A stretch of DNA of 64,000 nucleotides, taken from IMG/VR virus record IMGVR_UViG_3300042894_008610, one strand, 5' to 3'. Of this stretch, positions 26,071 to 34,182 are shown in pieces. Made by a program: the position numbers and the translations under genes. The stretch is from a virus. Its lineage: Duplodnaviria > Heunggongvirae > Uroviricota > Caudoviricetes. Position 1 is the stretch's first letter, and every line of letters starts with the position of its first letter. The notes under the pieces are model-generated. The model was not told where the DNA came from. It made no database searches and saw only the letters and a list, made by a program, of their open reading frames with translations.

Positions 26071-27463
26071 CATCAATCTTCTCTTGTAACTTTCTCAAAA
26101 ATTCCTCACCAATCATTTTAACAAACTTAATGTAAGGAGCGTCCTCTCTTTCAGGGTCGTATCTGTATGAACCTCTTGGTGGTCTTGTACTTCTTCCAAG
26201 ATAGTTAAGTCCTGATATGTTGGTAATACATTTGTGTCCACCTGAGTTAGCTTGAATCAAGTCCCAAGCGTTGATACCAATCTTATCTAACATTTGCATT
26301 TCTTCTTCAGATAGTTGGTCGTATGGTTTTTCCATCATATCCTTAATTTTATCAAGGATTTTTTCACCACCATCCATCATCATCAACTTACCACCATAAA
26401 TTGCATCGAAGTCTTTGAATGTAAATCCTACTGATTCAGGTCCAACTGATGATTCACTCACATACTTTATCGTTGATAATGGGATTGTTCTATCTTTAAG
26501 TTGTCCCTCCCATTTGGCCAGAACCTCTTGTGCAATCTCACCGAGATTAACACCTTTGAGTTCTCTATCTTTTTTGAATGGATTACAAGATGCCTGTACT
26601 AACCCTAACGGCCACATAATAATTAAGAAGTCAGCTTCAGGATTGTTTCTAAAAGGAGTGTATCGGTCATATGACCCAGTACCTTTTAAACTACCCATAC
26701 CATACTGAACGATGATATTACCAATCTTCCTAACATTTGGATGACCTTTCATTGAGTCCATATAGGTCTCAGCGTTTCTTTGAAGGTCCTCAGGTTTTTC
26801 TCTTGTATTGGAACCCATCCAAGATTTGATGTTGTTTAATATTGAAAGTAAGGATGGTTCCGAATCATTAACCAAGTATTCAAGGAACCCTTTCTTGTTT
26901 TTGAACGCCAACAATAGTTTGTTTGTAACAAATCCTAACAACATTTTGTTACTAGCCAAATCTTTTTCTTTGTTAAGTCTAAACAAATAATTGATTACAT
27001 CCTTGGTTGTTAAACCATATTTGGCAAAGTCTGCTGAGTCGACAGTTGATATTAATCTAATGTCATCAGCAGGAAATAATTCTTTTGGTGAGATAATTTG
27101 TGAAATGGTTTCAACGTTTGACCTTGCCTGTCTAAAAGACTTTGAAGCGTCTTTCTCAGCACCGACTTGTTTGTCGTGGTGGTCAGTGTGAATAACAAAC
27201 ATTGGTTTACCGTGAGCAAAATCAACTAAGACTGGCATTACATCACCAGATGCATCAGGTTTTTTAACTGAGAATTCTTTATCTCCATACTGTATAACCT
27301 CACTATCAACAACTTTAATACCATTATCTTCAAGGTATTTTTTCATTGCAATTGCAGTTGTTACACCATCCAAATCTTGGTGGAAATATATTTTAGCCTT
27401 TGGGTATCTTTGTGCCAAAGCCTTAATGTCTCTTAAACCTGATTCCTTAATTATTTTTTTCAT
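26051..27463 (-). CDS. DHH-DHHA1 family phosphoesterase (NrnA/RecJ-core-like)
   Basis: motif I HQDLDGVTTAIAM, motif III VIHTDHHD, DHHA1 GGH (ANSGGHK); the track start is a GTG, ATG at 27463. Confidence 0.7.
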   Translation of the reverse strand: MKKIIKESGLRDIKALAQRYPKAKIYFHQDLDGVTTAIAMKKYLEDNGIKVVDSEVIQYGDKEFSVKKPDASGDVMPVLVDFAHGKPMFVIHTDHHDKQVGAEKDASKSFRQARSNVETISQIISPKELFPADDIRLISTVDSADFAKYGLTTKDVINYLFRLNKEKDLASNKMLLGFVTNKLLLAFKNKKGFLEYLVNDSEPSLLSILNNIKSWMGSNTREKPEDLQRNAETYMDSMKGHPNVRKIGNIIVQYGMGSLKGTGSYDRYTPFRNNPEADFLIIMWPLGLVQASCNPFKKDRELKGVNLGEIAQEVLAKWEGQLKDRTIPLSTIKYVSESSVGPESVGFTFKDFDAIYGGKLMMMDGGEKILDKIKDMMEKPYDQLSEEEMQMLDKIGINAWDLIQANSGGHKCITNISGLNYLGRSTRPPRGSYRYDPEREDAPYIKFVKMIGEEFLRKLQEKIDASQQES

Positions 27464-27472
27464 ACACACTAA

Positions 27473-27844
27473 TTACATTGATGGTAACATACTCATAAGA
27501 ACCACATCGTTAGCTCTTAACCCATTTTTAGCCTTTAAATTACACAAATGATTGAATTTATACATATGGTTCGCTTGCATCGTCATATCTTCTAATTTAC
27601 TCAAACTATCACCAGGTTTGATTTTATACAACATTATGTTTTGCACACCTTCGTTTTTAATATCTTTAACTAAATCTTCTTTAGTGAAACAATATTTTGC
27701 ACCGGCTTCAGTTGGTTTAGGACCTTTTTTAAGAATCTCTTCCGCTTTTTTAACGTAAAAAGATTCAGGTTGTGTCTGTTCACTAACAACCTTACGAATT
27801 AAGTTAGTTAATTCTGACTCTGTTAATCTAATAACTTTTTTCAT
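27473..27844 (-). CDS. hypothetical protein; N-term MKKVIRLTESELTNLIRKVV (motif family)
   Basis: 123-aa ORF. Confidence 0.5.
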   Translation of the reverse strand: MKKVIRLTESELTNLIRKVVSEQTQPESFYVKKAEEILKKGPKPTEAGAKYCFTKEDLVKDIKNEGVQNIMLYKIKPGDSLSKLEDMTMQANHMYKFNHLCNLKAKNGLRANDVVLMSMLPSM

Positions 27845-28215
27845 TAGTATTTAAGTGTTAATAGGTATTTTAATTTGTTTATTAATAGTAACATCTCATC
27901 TCTCAAGTTGAGTAAGTCGCTATCAACTTTAGGGTCTAATCTGTCAGTAAGTGAAATTAAAAATTCACACGTACCATCAATAAAGCTTTGTAATGACATT
28001 GATTCTAAGTCTTGAAACATAATTGAGAATGATTCTGTAAATTCAGGTCTACCATATTTACCCATCATACCTTCAACAAAGTCATCAATGAATCCCCCCA
28101 TTTTATCGTATACTTTACCGTATGCTCTGTGTTTTGCGTCATACATAGTTTGCCAATGTATAAATCTAAATTGGTTTTGTATTTGTACTAATTTTAATAT
28201 TACTTCTTCTTTCAT
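27844..28215 (-). CDS. hypothetical protein
   Basis: 123-aa ORF; 1-nt overlap with the downstream gene. Confidence 0.5.
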   Translation of the reverse strand: MKEEVILKLVQIQNQFRFIHWQTMYDAKHRAYGKVYDKMGGFIDDFVEGMMGKYGRPEFTESFSIMFQDLESMSLQSFIDGTCEFLISLTDRLDPKVDSDLLNLRDEMLLLINKLKYLLTLKY

Positions 28216-28216
28216 T

Positions 28217-29248
28217 TTAAGCCGTCATTGGTCCTTTTATTAATGTATTCATAAACATACCCATTATATCCATTTTTTGTGAACCTAAAGACATTTCGTT
28301 ACCACCATCTTTAACTTCATCTGATACTTTTGGGAAATCCTCTTGTAAATATGTTTGTGCTTCAGGAGTTTTTTCATACTTCTCCATCTTGGCTAATAAT
28401 TCGTCTTCCCCTCCAACTATTTTTTCAAGTTCATCTGGTCCAACAAAATTTGCAACACCTAAATAATCTAAGAATCCTAAATAGAATTTGGTTTTACCCA
28501 TCAAAACTCTAATCTTCATATTACCTTTTCTCCATAGGTCCGAAACTCTTCCAGCACCTAATCCACCACCATAAAAAAATCTTTGTAAAAAATTTGGTTT
28601 GTTTAAAATTGTGGGGTCCAAGAATTTTTCTCTCTTAACTAACGACTCAAGTCCTTGAATTAGTTCTTGTTGTTGTTTAGCAGATTTAGTAGGTAATCTT
28701 TTCGCTAAAGAAGCCGCCTCAGTTCCAACACCTCTAAAAAGTCTTACCCATTCTTTGATGGTGTTTTTAAATCCTCTTGTGATGGCTCCACCAGGTATAC
28801 GGTCAATGAATTCATCAACTTTTGGTGCCCATTCTCTACCTTTTCTTGCGAAAGTACCAAGAGCACCTTCACTTTTAGCAATTTGATTTAGATATTTTTG
28901 CGCTTTAACAGTATCACCAGCATCAACTGCTTTAGATACCGCTCTCATTAATTGAGGTGTTTTACCCCCAACTTTCATCGCTCCCATAACAGATTTACCT
29001 AAAGCATCACCAATGTAAGGGACAACAGAAATTAACGATAAAAAGGCATAAAGGTTATCGCCTTGTCTGTAATAAGATATTGCGTTTATTAAATCAGCAA
29101 TTCCTGTTGGGTCTACAATCCCAACCAAACTTAACACATCATTTTTCCAATTGTCCTCGTTAAGAGTTTTAGTATCAGAAGTTTTTTCCAATACCATAAC
29201 ACTCTTAATGATTTCAAGTTGGGATTCCGTTAATATTACTTGAGGCAT
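28217..29248 (-). CDS. hypothetical protein; N-term MPQVILTESQLEIIKSVM (motif family)
   Basis: the track ORF starts at a TTG at 29272; first ATG at 29248. Confidence 0.5.
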   Translation of the reverse strand: MPQVILTESQLEIIKSVMVLEKTSDTKTLNEDNWKNDVLSLVGIVDPTGIADLINAISYYRQGDNLYAFLSLISVVPYIGDALGKSVMGAMKVGGKTPQLMRAVSKAVDAGDTVKAQKYLNQIAKSEGALGTFARKGREWAPKVDEFIDRIPGGAITRGFKNTIKEWVRLFRGVGTEAASLAKRLPTKSAKQQQELIQGLESLVKREKFLDPTILNKPNFLQRFFYGGGLGAGRVSDLWRKGNMKIRVLMGKTKFYLGFLDYLGVANFVGPDELEKIVGGEDELLAKMEKYEKTPEAQTYLQEDFPKVSDEVKDGGNEMSLGSQKMDIMGMFMNTLIKGPMTA

Positions 29249-29282
29249 AAATTCTTTTACAATAAATACCAAGAAGTTAAAA

Positions 29283-29312
29283 AGAAAACCCCCACTTTTT
29301 TAGTGAGGGTTC
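29283..29312 (-). terminator. family terminator hairpin CCCCCAC-TTTTTTA-GTGAGGG overlapping the last codons of the MTase gene
   Basis: 29289-29309. Confidence 0.55.
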
Positions 29313-30169
29313 TGATTGTTGAAATCGATGACTTGTTGTCTTCGTTGTTCTACGAATAACCCGACTCTGTCTCGAGCCACTTTAGAATAGTTTGGACTCA
29401 GTTCAATACCAATCCATCTTCTGTCAAGTGTCTCAGCGGCGACCAAACTTGTACCTGAACCTGCGAATGGGTCAAGAACAATGTCATTCTTATACGTAAG
29501 AATTTTGATTGCCTTGGTTGGAATATCCATTGAGAACGTGGCTTTAGTTAGACTTCGTGTGTCAGCAAAGTATTTCCACTGTCCGAAAACCAAATCGATG
29601 AACTCACGTTTTTGTTGTTCCGTATACATCATCTTTGGTCTCATATTACCATCCTTACCTTCTACTTCTCCCATTTCGCCAGTCCATTCAGGTTGACCTT
29701 TTACTTTCTTAATGTGTTTGTTTTTGTATGCCAAAATAACACATTCTTTTGGGTTATAGATGTAAGGGGCTGAAGGGCTCATCCAAGACCCCCAAGCCGT
29801 GGTACGACTTCTATGTGGTGATTCTTCTTCAAGGTCAACAACTCCGAAGAATTTGTAACCAATCTGTTTCATAATCTGCCACACTTCACTGACCATAAAG
29901 ATTCTACCTCCTTTATCCTGACGGTTGATTTCGTATGGGATGTTAAGAGCAATCCTACCATCATCTTTCAATACACGGTATGCTTGTTCCATCCACGAAT
30001 ATGTAAATTTTACATATTCCTCCCAAACCATATCATCTTCGTGAACATCATAATCGATACCAACACCATAAGGTGGTGATGTAACAATCAGGTCCACTGA
30101 ACCTTCAGGCATCGAAGCCATCACTTCAATACAATCTCCATTAATTACTCTTCCAATTAAATCTTCCAT
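29300..30169 (-). CDS. DNA methyltransferase, beta-class amino-MTase (SPPY motif IV before FxGxG motif I; N4-C or N6-A)
   Basis: DLIVTSPPYGVGIDYD and DPFAGSGTS. Confidence 0.8.
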   Translation of the reverse strand: MEDLIGRVINGDCIEVMASMPEGSVDLIVTSPPYGVGIDYDVHEDDMVWEEYVKFTYSWMEQAYRVLKDDGRIALNIPYEINRQDKGGRIFMVSEVWQIMKQIGYKFFGVVDLEEESPHRSRTTAWGSWMSPSAPYIYNPKECVILAYKNKHIKKVKGQPEWTGEMGEVEGKDGNMRPKMMYTEQQKREFIDLVFGQWKYFADTRSLTKATFSMDIPTKAIKILTYKNDIVLDPFAGSGTSLVAAETLDRRWIGIELSPNYSKVARDRVGLFVEQRRQQVIDFNNQNPH

Positions 30170-30170
30170 A

Positions 30171-31340
30171 TTATAATCCTAAAATTTCAAGGGTTTTATT
30201 CACTCTACTTTGTGGTGACAAGTTTCTTTCATAATACTCCCTTGCGTTTTTAGAAATATAACTTAAAAATTCGTGGTCATCAACAACCTCTTTGAATCTT
30301 TCCTCAATCATTTTTACGTGGTGAGGTCCTGATAGTCGGTCACTGGCAACTCCATTGTGTCTTGGCATATCATCAGGATATGGAACAGAAATGTAATGTA
30401 CGTTTGGAATTAACTTTTCGTGCATTTCAACTTGGAACTCAAATCTAATCAATGGCATTCCAATCGCCATACATTCAATGTCTCTATAACAAAGTTCTCC
30501 CACTCCTGCCATAGACAACGACACTTGGTAATCTATCATATCATTGAAGTATGCTTCAGGGGTTGTTGGTGTTTCGGGACAATACAACAACTCATCCGAG
30601 AAATGTTTTAAAGCGGGTCTTTGTGAAACATTACCTCTGAAATACATTAAAGGTACTTTGTTTTGAACGTGTTTTCTTTTGTGATAAAACTGTTCCAAGT
30701 CAATCAAACCAGATGGGAAATAAATCCAAGGTGAGTATTTGTCATAGTTATTATCAACGTGGTGTTTAATCTTGTAATCAATGAACTGTGAAATCAAAAC
30801 CTTCTTACATAAAGGATTGTGTTTCTCATTCATAGTTGCGTAACCCAAGTCATCAGAGACACTCATAATCCAAAACTCACCAGAGTCAGCATCTTCAATA
30901 ACATATTCACACTCCAACAATAAGAATTCTTTGGCAAGACCTTTTTTTAATTTAATTTCTTGTCTGTCAAAGTGAGCATTCTCAAAATGCCTGTTCTCAA
31001 TAACCTCATATCGTTCTGATAGTTCTTGGGTTAACTCATCCCAAAATAAATTGTAATTACGATAGTATCGAGTTTTGTCATTTGTTGGGTTATGGATTAT
31101 CAGTCTACGATGAGGTTTATCACCATTTCCACTTTTATTCTGAACCTCACGGTTGAGATACCATAGAGCTTTATTCAAATCTTGAAGTTCCTTGTCAGTC
31201 CCCTTTTTACCTGCCCTTGAAATATATTTTACAGTATTCCCAAGATTAAATCCTAAGTCCCAAGCTTCAATAACTTTTATTGCTTCATATGGATTATTCT
31301 TTCCCCCATAATGTTGAGGGTGATTTACTTGTTCACTCAT
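30171..31340 (-). CDS. DUF3310-domain protein fused to a GT-B-like (glycosyltransferase-like) C-terminal domain
   Basis: N-term HPQHYGG...YEAIKVIEAW (DUF3310 signature); C-terminal GELCYRDIECMAIGMPLI resembles the GT-B E-x7-E / EAMA-G-PVI motif. Confidence 0.5.
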   Translation of the reverse strand: MSEQVNHPQHYGGKNNPYEAIKVIEAWDLGFNLGNTVKYISRAGKKGTDKELQDLNKALWYLNREVQNKSGNGDKPHRRLIIHNPTNDKTRYYRNYNLFWDELTQELSERYEVIENRHFENAHFDRQEIKLKKGLAKEFLLLECEYVIEDADSGEFWIMSVSDDLGYATMNEKHNPLCKKVLISQFIDYKIKHHVDNNYDKYSPWIYFPSGLIDLEQFYHKRKHVQNKVPLMYFRGNVSQRPALKHFSDELLYCPETPTTPEAYFNDMIDYQVSLSMAGVGELCYRDIECMAIGMPLIRFEFQVEMHEKLIPNVHYISVPYPDDMPRHNGVASDRLSGPHHVKMIEERFKEVVDDHEFLSYISKNAREYYERNLSPQSRVNKTLEILGL

Positions 31341-31343
31341 ATA

Positions 31344-32507
31344 TTAATCGTTATAAATTGAACCACTTTTATTTTCAGACTCTTCGAATTGATGTTGTTC
31401 CATAATATCTTTAAGTGGTGATTTTTGAGTATCAACTTTAGTATTCATATTATGAATAATCTTATCAAGAGTTAATGCAAAGTCCAGAGTTTCGGATATG
31501 ATACCAACAATTTTATATGGGTCACCATTTGATGCCGGTCTACGGTCTTCAACATAACCCTTCCATTCTTTTGATGTAGACAATGGAACTCTGATTGATG
31601 CACCTCGGTCAGCAACCCCCCAACTAAACTTGTCAATAGATTGGGTTTCGTGTTTACCAGTCAAACGAAGATTGTTATCAGAACCGTAATTGTTAATGTG
31701 TAACTGATGACGTGAATCAAAGGCGTTAAAGATGTTTTTGAAGTATTCATCACCACCTTCATTTCTCATCTTGTCATTTGAGAAGTTACAGTGTAATCCT
31801 GAACCATTCCAATCACCCATCACAGGTTTAGGGTGGAATTCAATCTTAAAACCATAGTCCTCAGACATTTGTTGTAAAATGTATCTCGACATCCACAAAT
31901 CATCACCGGCCTTTAATTTACCTTTGGAGAATACCTGGTACTCCCACTGACCCAATAAGACCTCGGCGTTTGTACCTGTAATTTCAATACCTGCCAAGAT
32001 ACAATTTTCCATATGAGTATCCACAAATTTTCTACCGTTAACTTGTCCGTTACCTACACCACAATAGTATTTTCCTTGTGGTTCAGGATATCCATTCTCA
32101 GGGAAACCCAAAGGTCTACCATCTTTCATAATGGTATACTCTTGTTCAAAACCAAACCAAAGGTCCTCTTCTTCTTCCCCAACAAGACTTCTTGTATTTG
32201 ATACGTGTGGAGTCCCATCGGGATTCATAACCTCACACAACACCAAGAAAGACCATAGACCACCTTCGTTAAGTGAGTTGTGATAAACTCTAACAGGTTT
32301 CAAAATACAATCAGAAAAATGTCCGTCAGCTTGTTGTGTTGATGAACCATCAAAACTCCACTCAGGGCAATCCTTCAGTGTTATAATATCCCCATATGGA
32401 ATATTCTGAAGACCAGTCTCTTCTTTTTCAATCACCTTAACCTTACTTCTAAGATTAGGTTCTGGCTGATACCCATCCAACCACACATATTCTAATTTAA
32501 CTTTCAT
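31344..32507 (-). CDS. glnA: glutamine synthetase, type II
   Basis: KVKLEYVWLDG beta-grasp start; PEWSFDGSSTQQA; FGFEQEYT; GTNAEVLLGQWEYQ; NWNGSGLHCNFS; SIRVP — collinear with eukaryote/bacterial GSII. Confidence 0.9.
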   Translation of the reverse strand: MKVKLEYVWLDGYQPEPNLRSKVKVIEKEETGLQNIPYGDIITLKDCPEWSFDGSSTQQADGHFSDCILKPVRVYHNSLNEGGLWSFLVLCEVMNPDGTPHVSNTRSLVGEEEEDLWFGFEQEYTIMKDGRPLGFPENGYPEPQGKYYCGVGNGQVNGRKFVDTHMENCILAGIEITGTNAEVLLGQWEYQVFSKGKLKAGDDLWMSRYILQQMSEDYGFKIEFHPKPVMGDWNGSGLHCNFSNDKMRNEGGDEYFKNIFNAFDSRHQLHINNYGSDNNLRLTGKHETQSIDKFSWGVADRGASIRVPLSTSKEWKGYVEDRRPASNGDPYKIVGIISETLDFALTLDKIIHNMNTKVDTQKSPLKDIMEQHQFEESENKSGSIYND

Positions 32508-32512
32508 ATTAT

Positions 32513-32704
32513 TTAATTTTCTTTTTTTACAACGTAGTAACCTTTGGAATAACTAGACTCCTCAATCAATCCTTCATCCATTAGTTTATTTAATTTAACT
32601 TCAGTTTCATTTTCAGTCTCTTTCAAAATGTATTTTGAAATGTAACTGATGTGAATTGGTTGTCTCAACTTAGAAAGTAGTGTCTTGAGCGTCTTGTCTT
32701 CCAT
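32513..32704 (-). CDS. small hypothetical protein (possible wHTH)
   Basis: 63-aa ORF. Confidence 0.35.
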   Translation of the reverse strand: MEDKTLKTLLSKLRQPIHISYISKYILKETENETEVKLNKLMDEGLIEESSYSKGYYVVKKEN

Positions 32705-32706
32705 AA

Positions 32707-32934
32707 TTAATAATCTAAAAATTTATCATTGTCTTCCAAAAATTCTAAAAATGGGTGGTCATAATCCATATCAACCCATTTTCCTTTATTTCCATCCCAT
32801 ATCAAATATTCATCTGAGATATTTGTTCGGGTATATTTAAGTTCAAAAGTTTTACCCTTATCATCCTTGACCTTATATTGAGTTGTATAAGAGAATGATA
32901 GTTCTTCTGGTGGACCTACAATTGAGTATTTCAT
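32707..32934 (-). CDS. hypothetical protein
   Basis: 75-aa ORF. Confidence 0.4.
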   Translation of the reverse strand: MKYSIVGPPEELSFSYTTQYKVKDDKGKTFELKYTRTNISDEYLIWDGNKGKWVDMDYDHPFLEFLEDNDKFLDY

Positions 32935-33155
32935 TTCTTTTTCTTTTTGTACTTTTTCTCAACACCCTCCGTTTTTTCTTTTTTCTTAACTTCGGTAATG
33001 ATTGGAGCAACTCGTCCATCTTCTTTCCATTCGTTCTTTGGAATGAACTTCCAATAACCCGTTGAAACTCGTTGGTCCGCAACCTTGTCTTCAACGCGCA
33101 TAATTCGTCCCACCTCGTACTGAGATGTTTCTTTGATAGCTTTAATGCATTTCAT
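32931..33155 (-). CDS. hypothetical protein with Lys-rich C-terminus
   Basis: 74 aa; preferred over the overlapping ORF 32873..33094. Confidence 0.4.
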   Translation of the reverse strand: MKCIKAIKETSQYEVGRIMRVEDKVADQRVSTGYWKFIPKNEWKEDGRVAPIITEVKKKEKTEGVEKKYKKKKK

Positions 33156-33357
33156 TTTTAGTAGTATTAGATTTTAAGTTAAATGTAGTAATGATTTCTT
33201 GTTCTGACAAATTCTTCTCATAAAGTTTATAAACTTTGCTTGAAAACTCATCCATAAAGATGATTGCGTCAGCCTTACCATAGAGACCGTCCAAATTGTA
33301 TTTGTATAAGTAATGTAAGGTTGTTTGTTCTGAAATGTATCGTCTGTGAAAACCCAT
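33142..33357 (-). CDS. hypothetical protein
   Basis: 71-aa ORF. Confidence 0.4.
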   Translation of the reverse strand: MGFHRRYISEQTTLHYLYKYNLDGLYGKADAIIFMDEFSSKVYKLYEKNLSEQEIITTFNLKSNTTKNEMH

Positions 33358-33366
33358 ATCACAAAA

Positions 33367-34152
33367 TTACGAAACAATTTTTAAATTATCAAAATTTTCT
33401 AACTTTTCTTTTGGGACACTTTGAAGAATATATGAAAGAAGTTTTCTTTTCGCCATTGGGATAAGCGTCTCTTCAAAAGGGAAATGTTGTCTTGATTGAA
33501 ACTCAAACACAGGTAATTTACTTTGGTACACGTCTTGTTTCCAATTTGTAGATTCATTAATTATTTGATTAACTGTTCTACCATCAGTAACTCCTGAAAA
33601 AATAGACTCAAGATGTAATTTAGAGTCTTTTGACTTTTTTATCTTTCTTATTGAGTACTCCCAAATGTATAACTCTTTTTCAGGTTTACGAGTATAAACT
33701 AAGTACCCATAACCTTTGTGTAAGTAGTTCTTATTTTTTTTATGTTGTATATCTGTAGATTCGTAAACAATAGACCATATGGATTTACCAATACTGAAAA
33801 CATCCATAAGTTTTGAGTTTGAGTAATATAAAGTTTTCTTTAATTCTAAACTTTGGTCTTCATTTAGATTAGGTAATTTTTTTGGGTATAATTCTTTCAA
33901 TAGAATTTCATCATCACAAGTTTCGAATTTTTTATTCGTAAGTAATAATGTATTTTCTCGATTAATTGATTGGACATTAGCTAAATGAAGTGAAATCTCG
34001 ACAAAATCAGGGTATATCTTATAATCGTCAAAACTACTCTCACATTTTTGTATGTAATCTAATAGCGTATATTTGTTATACTCAAAATCTATTGGTTCCT
34101 GAAACATCCATTCAGGACTCAACTTAAATTGTGTTTTTCTCTTTCTTCCCAT
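33367..34152 (-). CDS. hypothetical protein
   Basis: 261-aa ORF. Confidence 0.5.
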   Translation of the reverse strand: MGRKRKTQFKLSPEWMFQEPIDFEYNKYTLLDYIQKCESSFDDYKIYPDFVEISLHLANVQSINRENTLLLTNKKFETCDDEILLKELYPKKLPNLNEDQSLELKKTLYYSNSKLMDVFSIGKSIWSIVYESTDIQHKKNKNYLHKGYGYLVYTRKPEKELYIWEYSIRKIKKSKDSKLHLESIFSGVTDGRTVNQIINESTNWKQDVYQSKLPVFEFQSRQHFPFEETLIPMAKRKLLSYILQSVPKEKLENFDNLKIVS

Positions 34153-34182
34153 TTACTAAATGATAATTAAAAAGAAAATTTA

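Noticed and set aside
32873-33094. 73-aa minus ORF overlapping 32931..33155 in another frame; also 33174..33377 and 33264..33464
   Set aside because: They are mutually exclusive overlaps; only one reading per locus was kept, and the choice among them is low-confidence.
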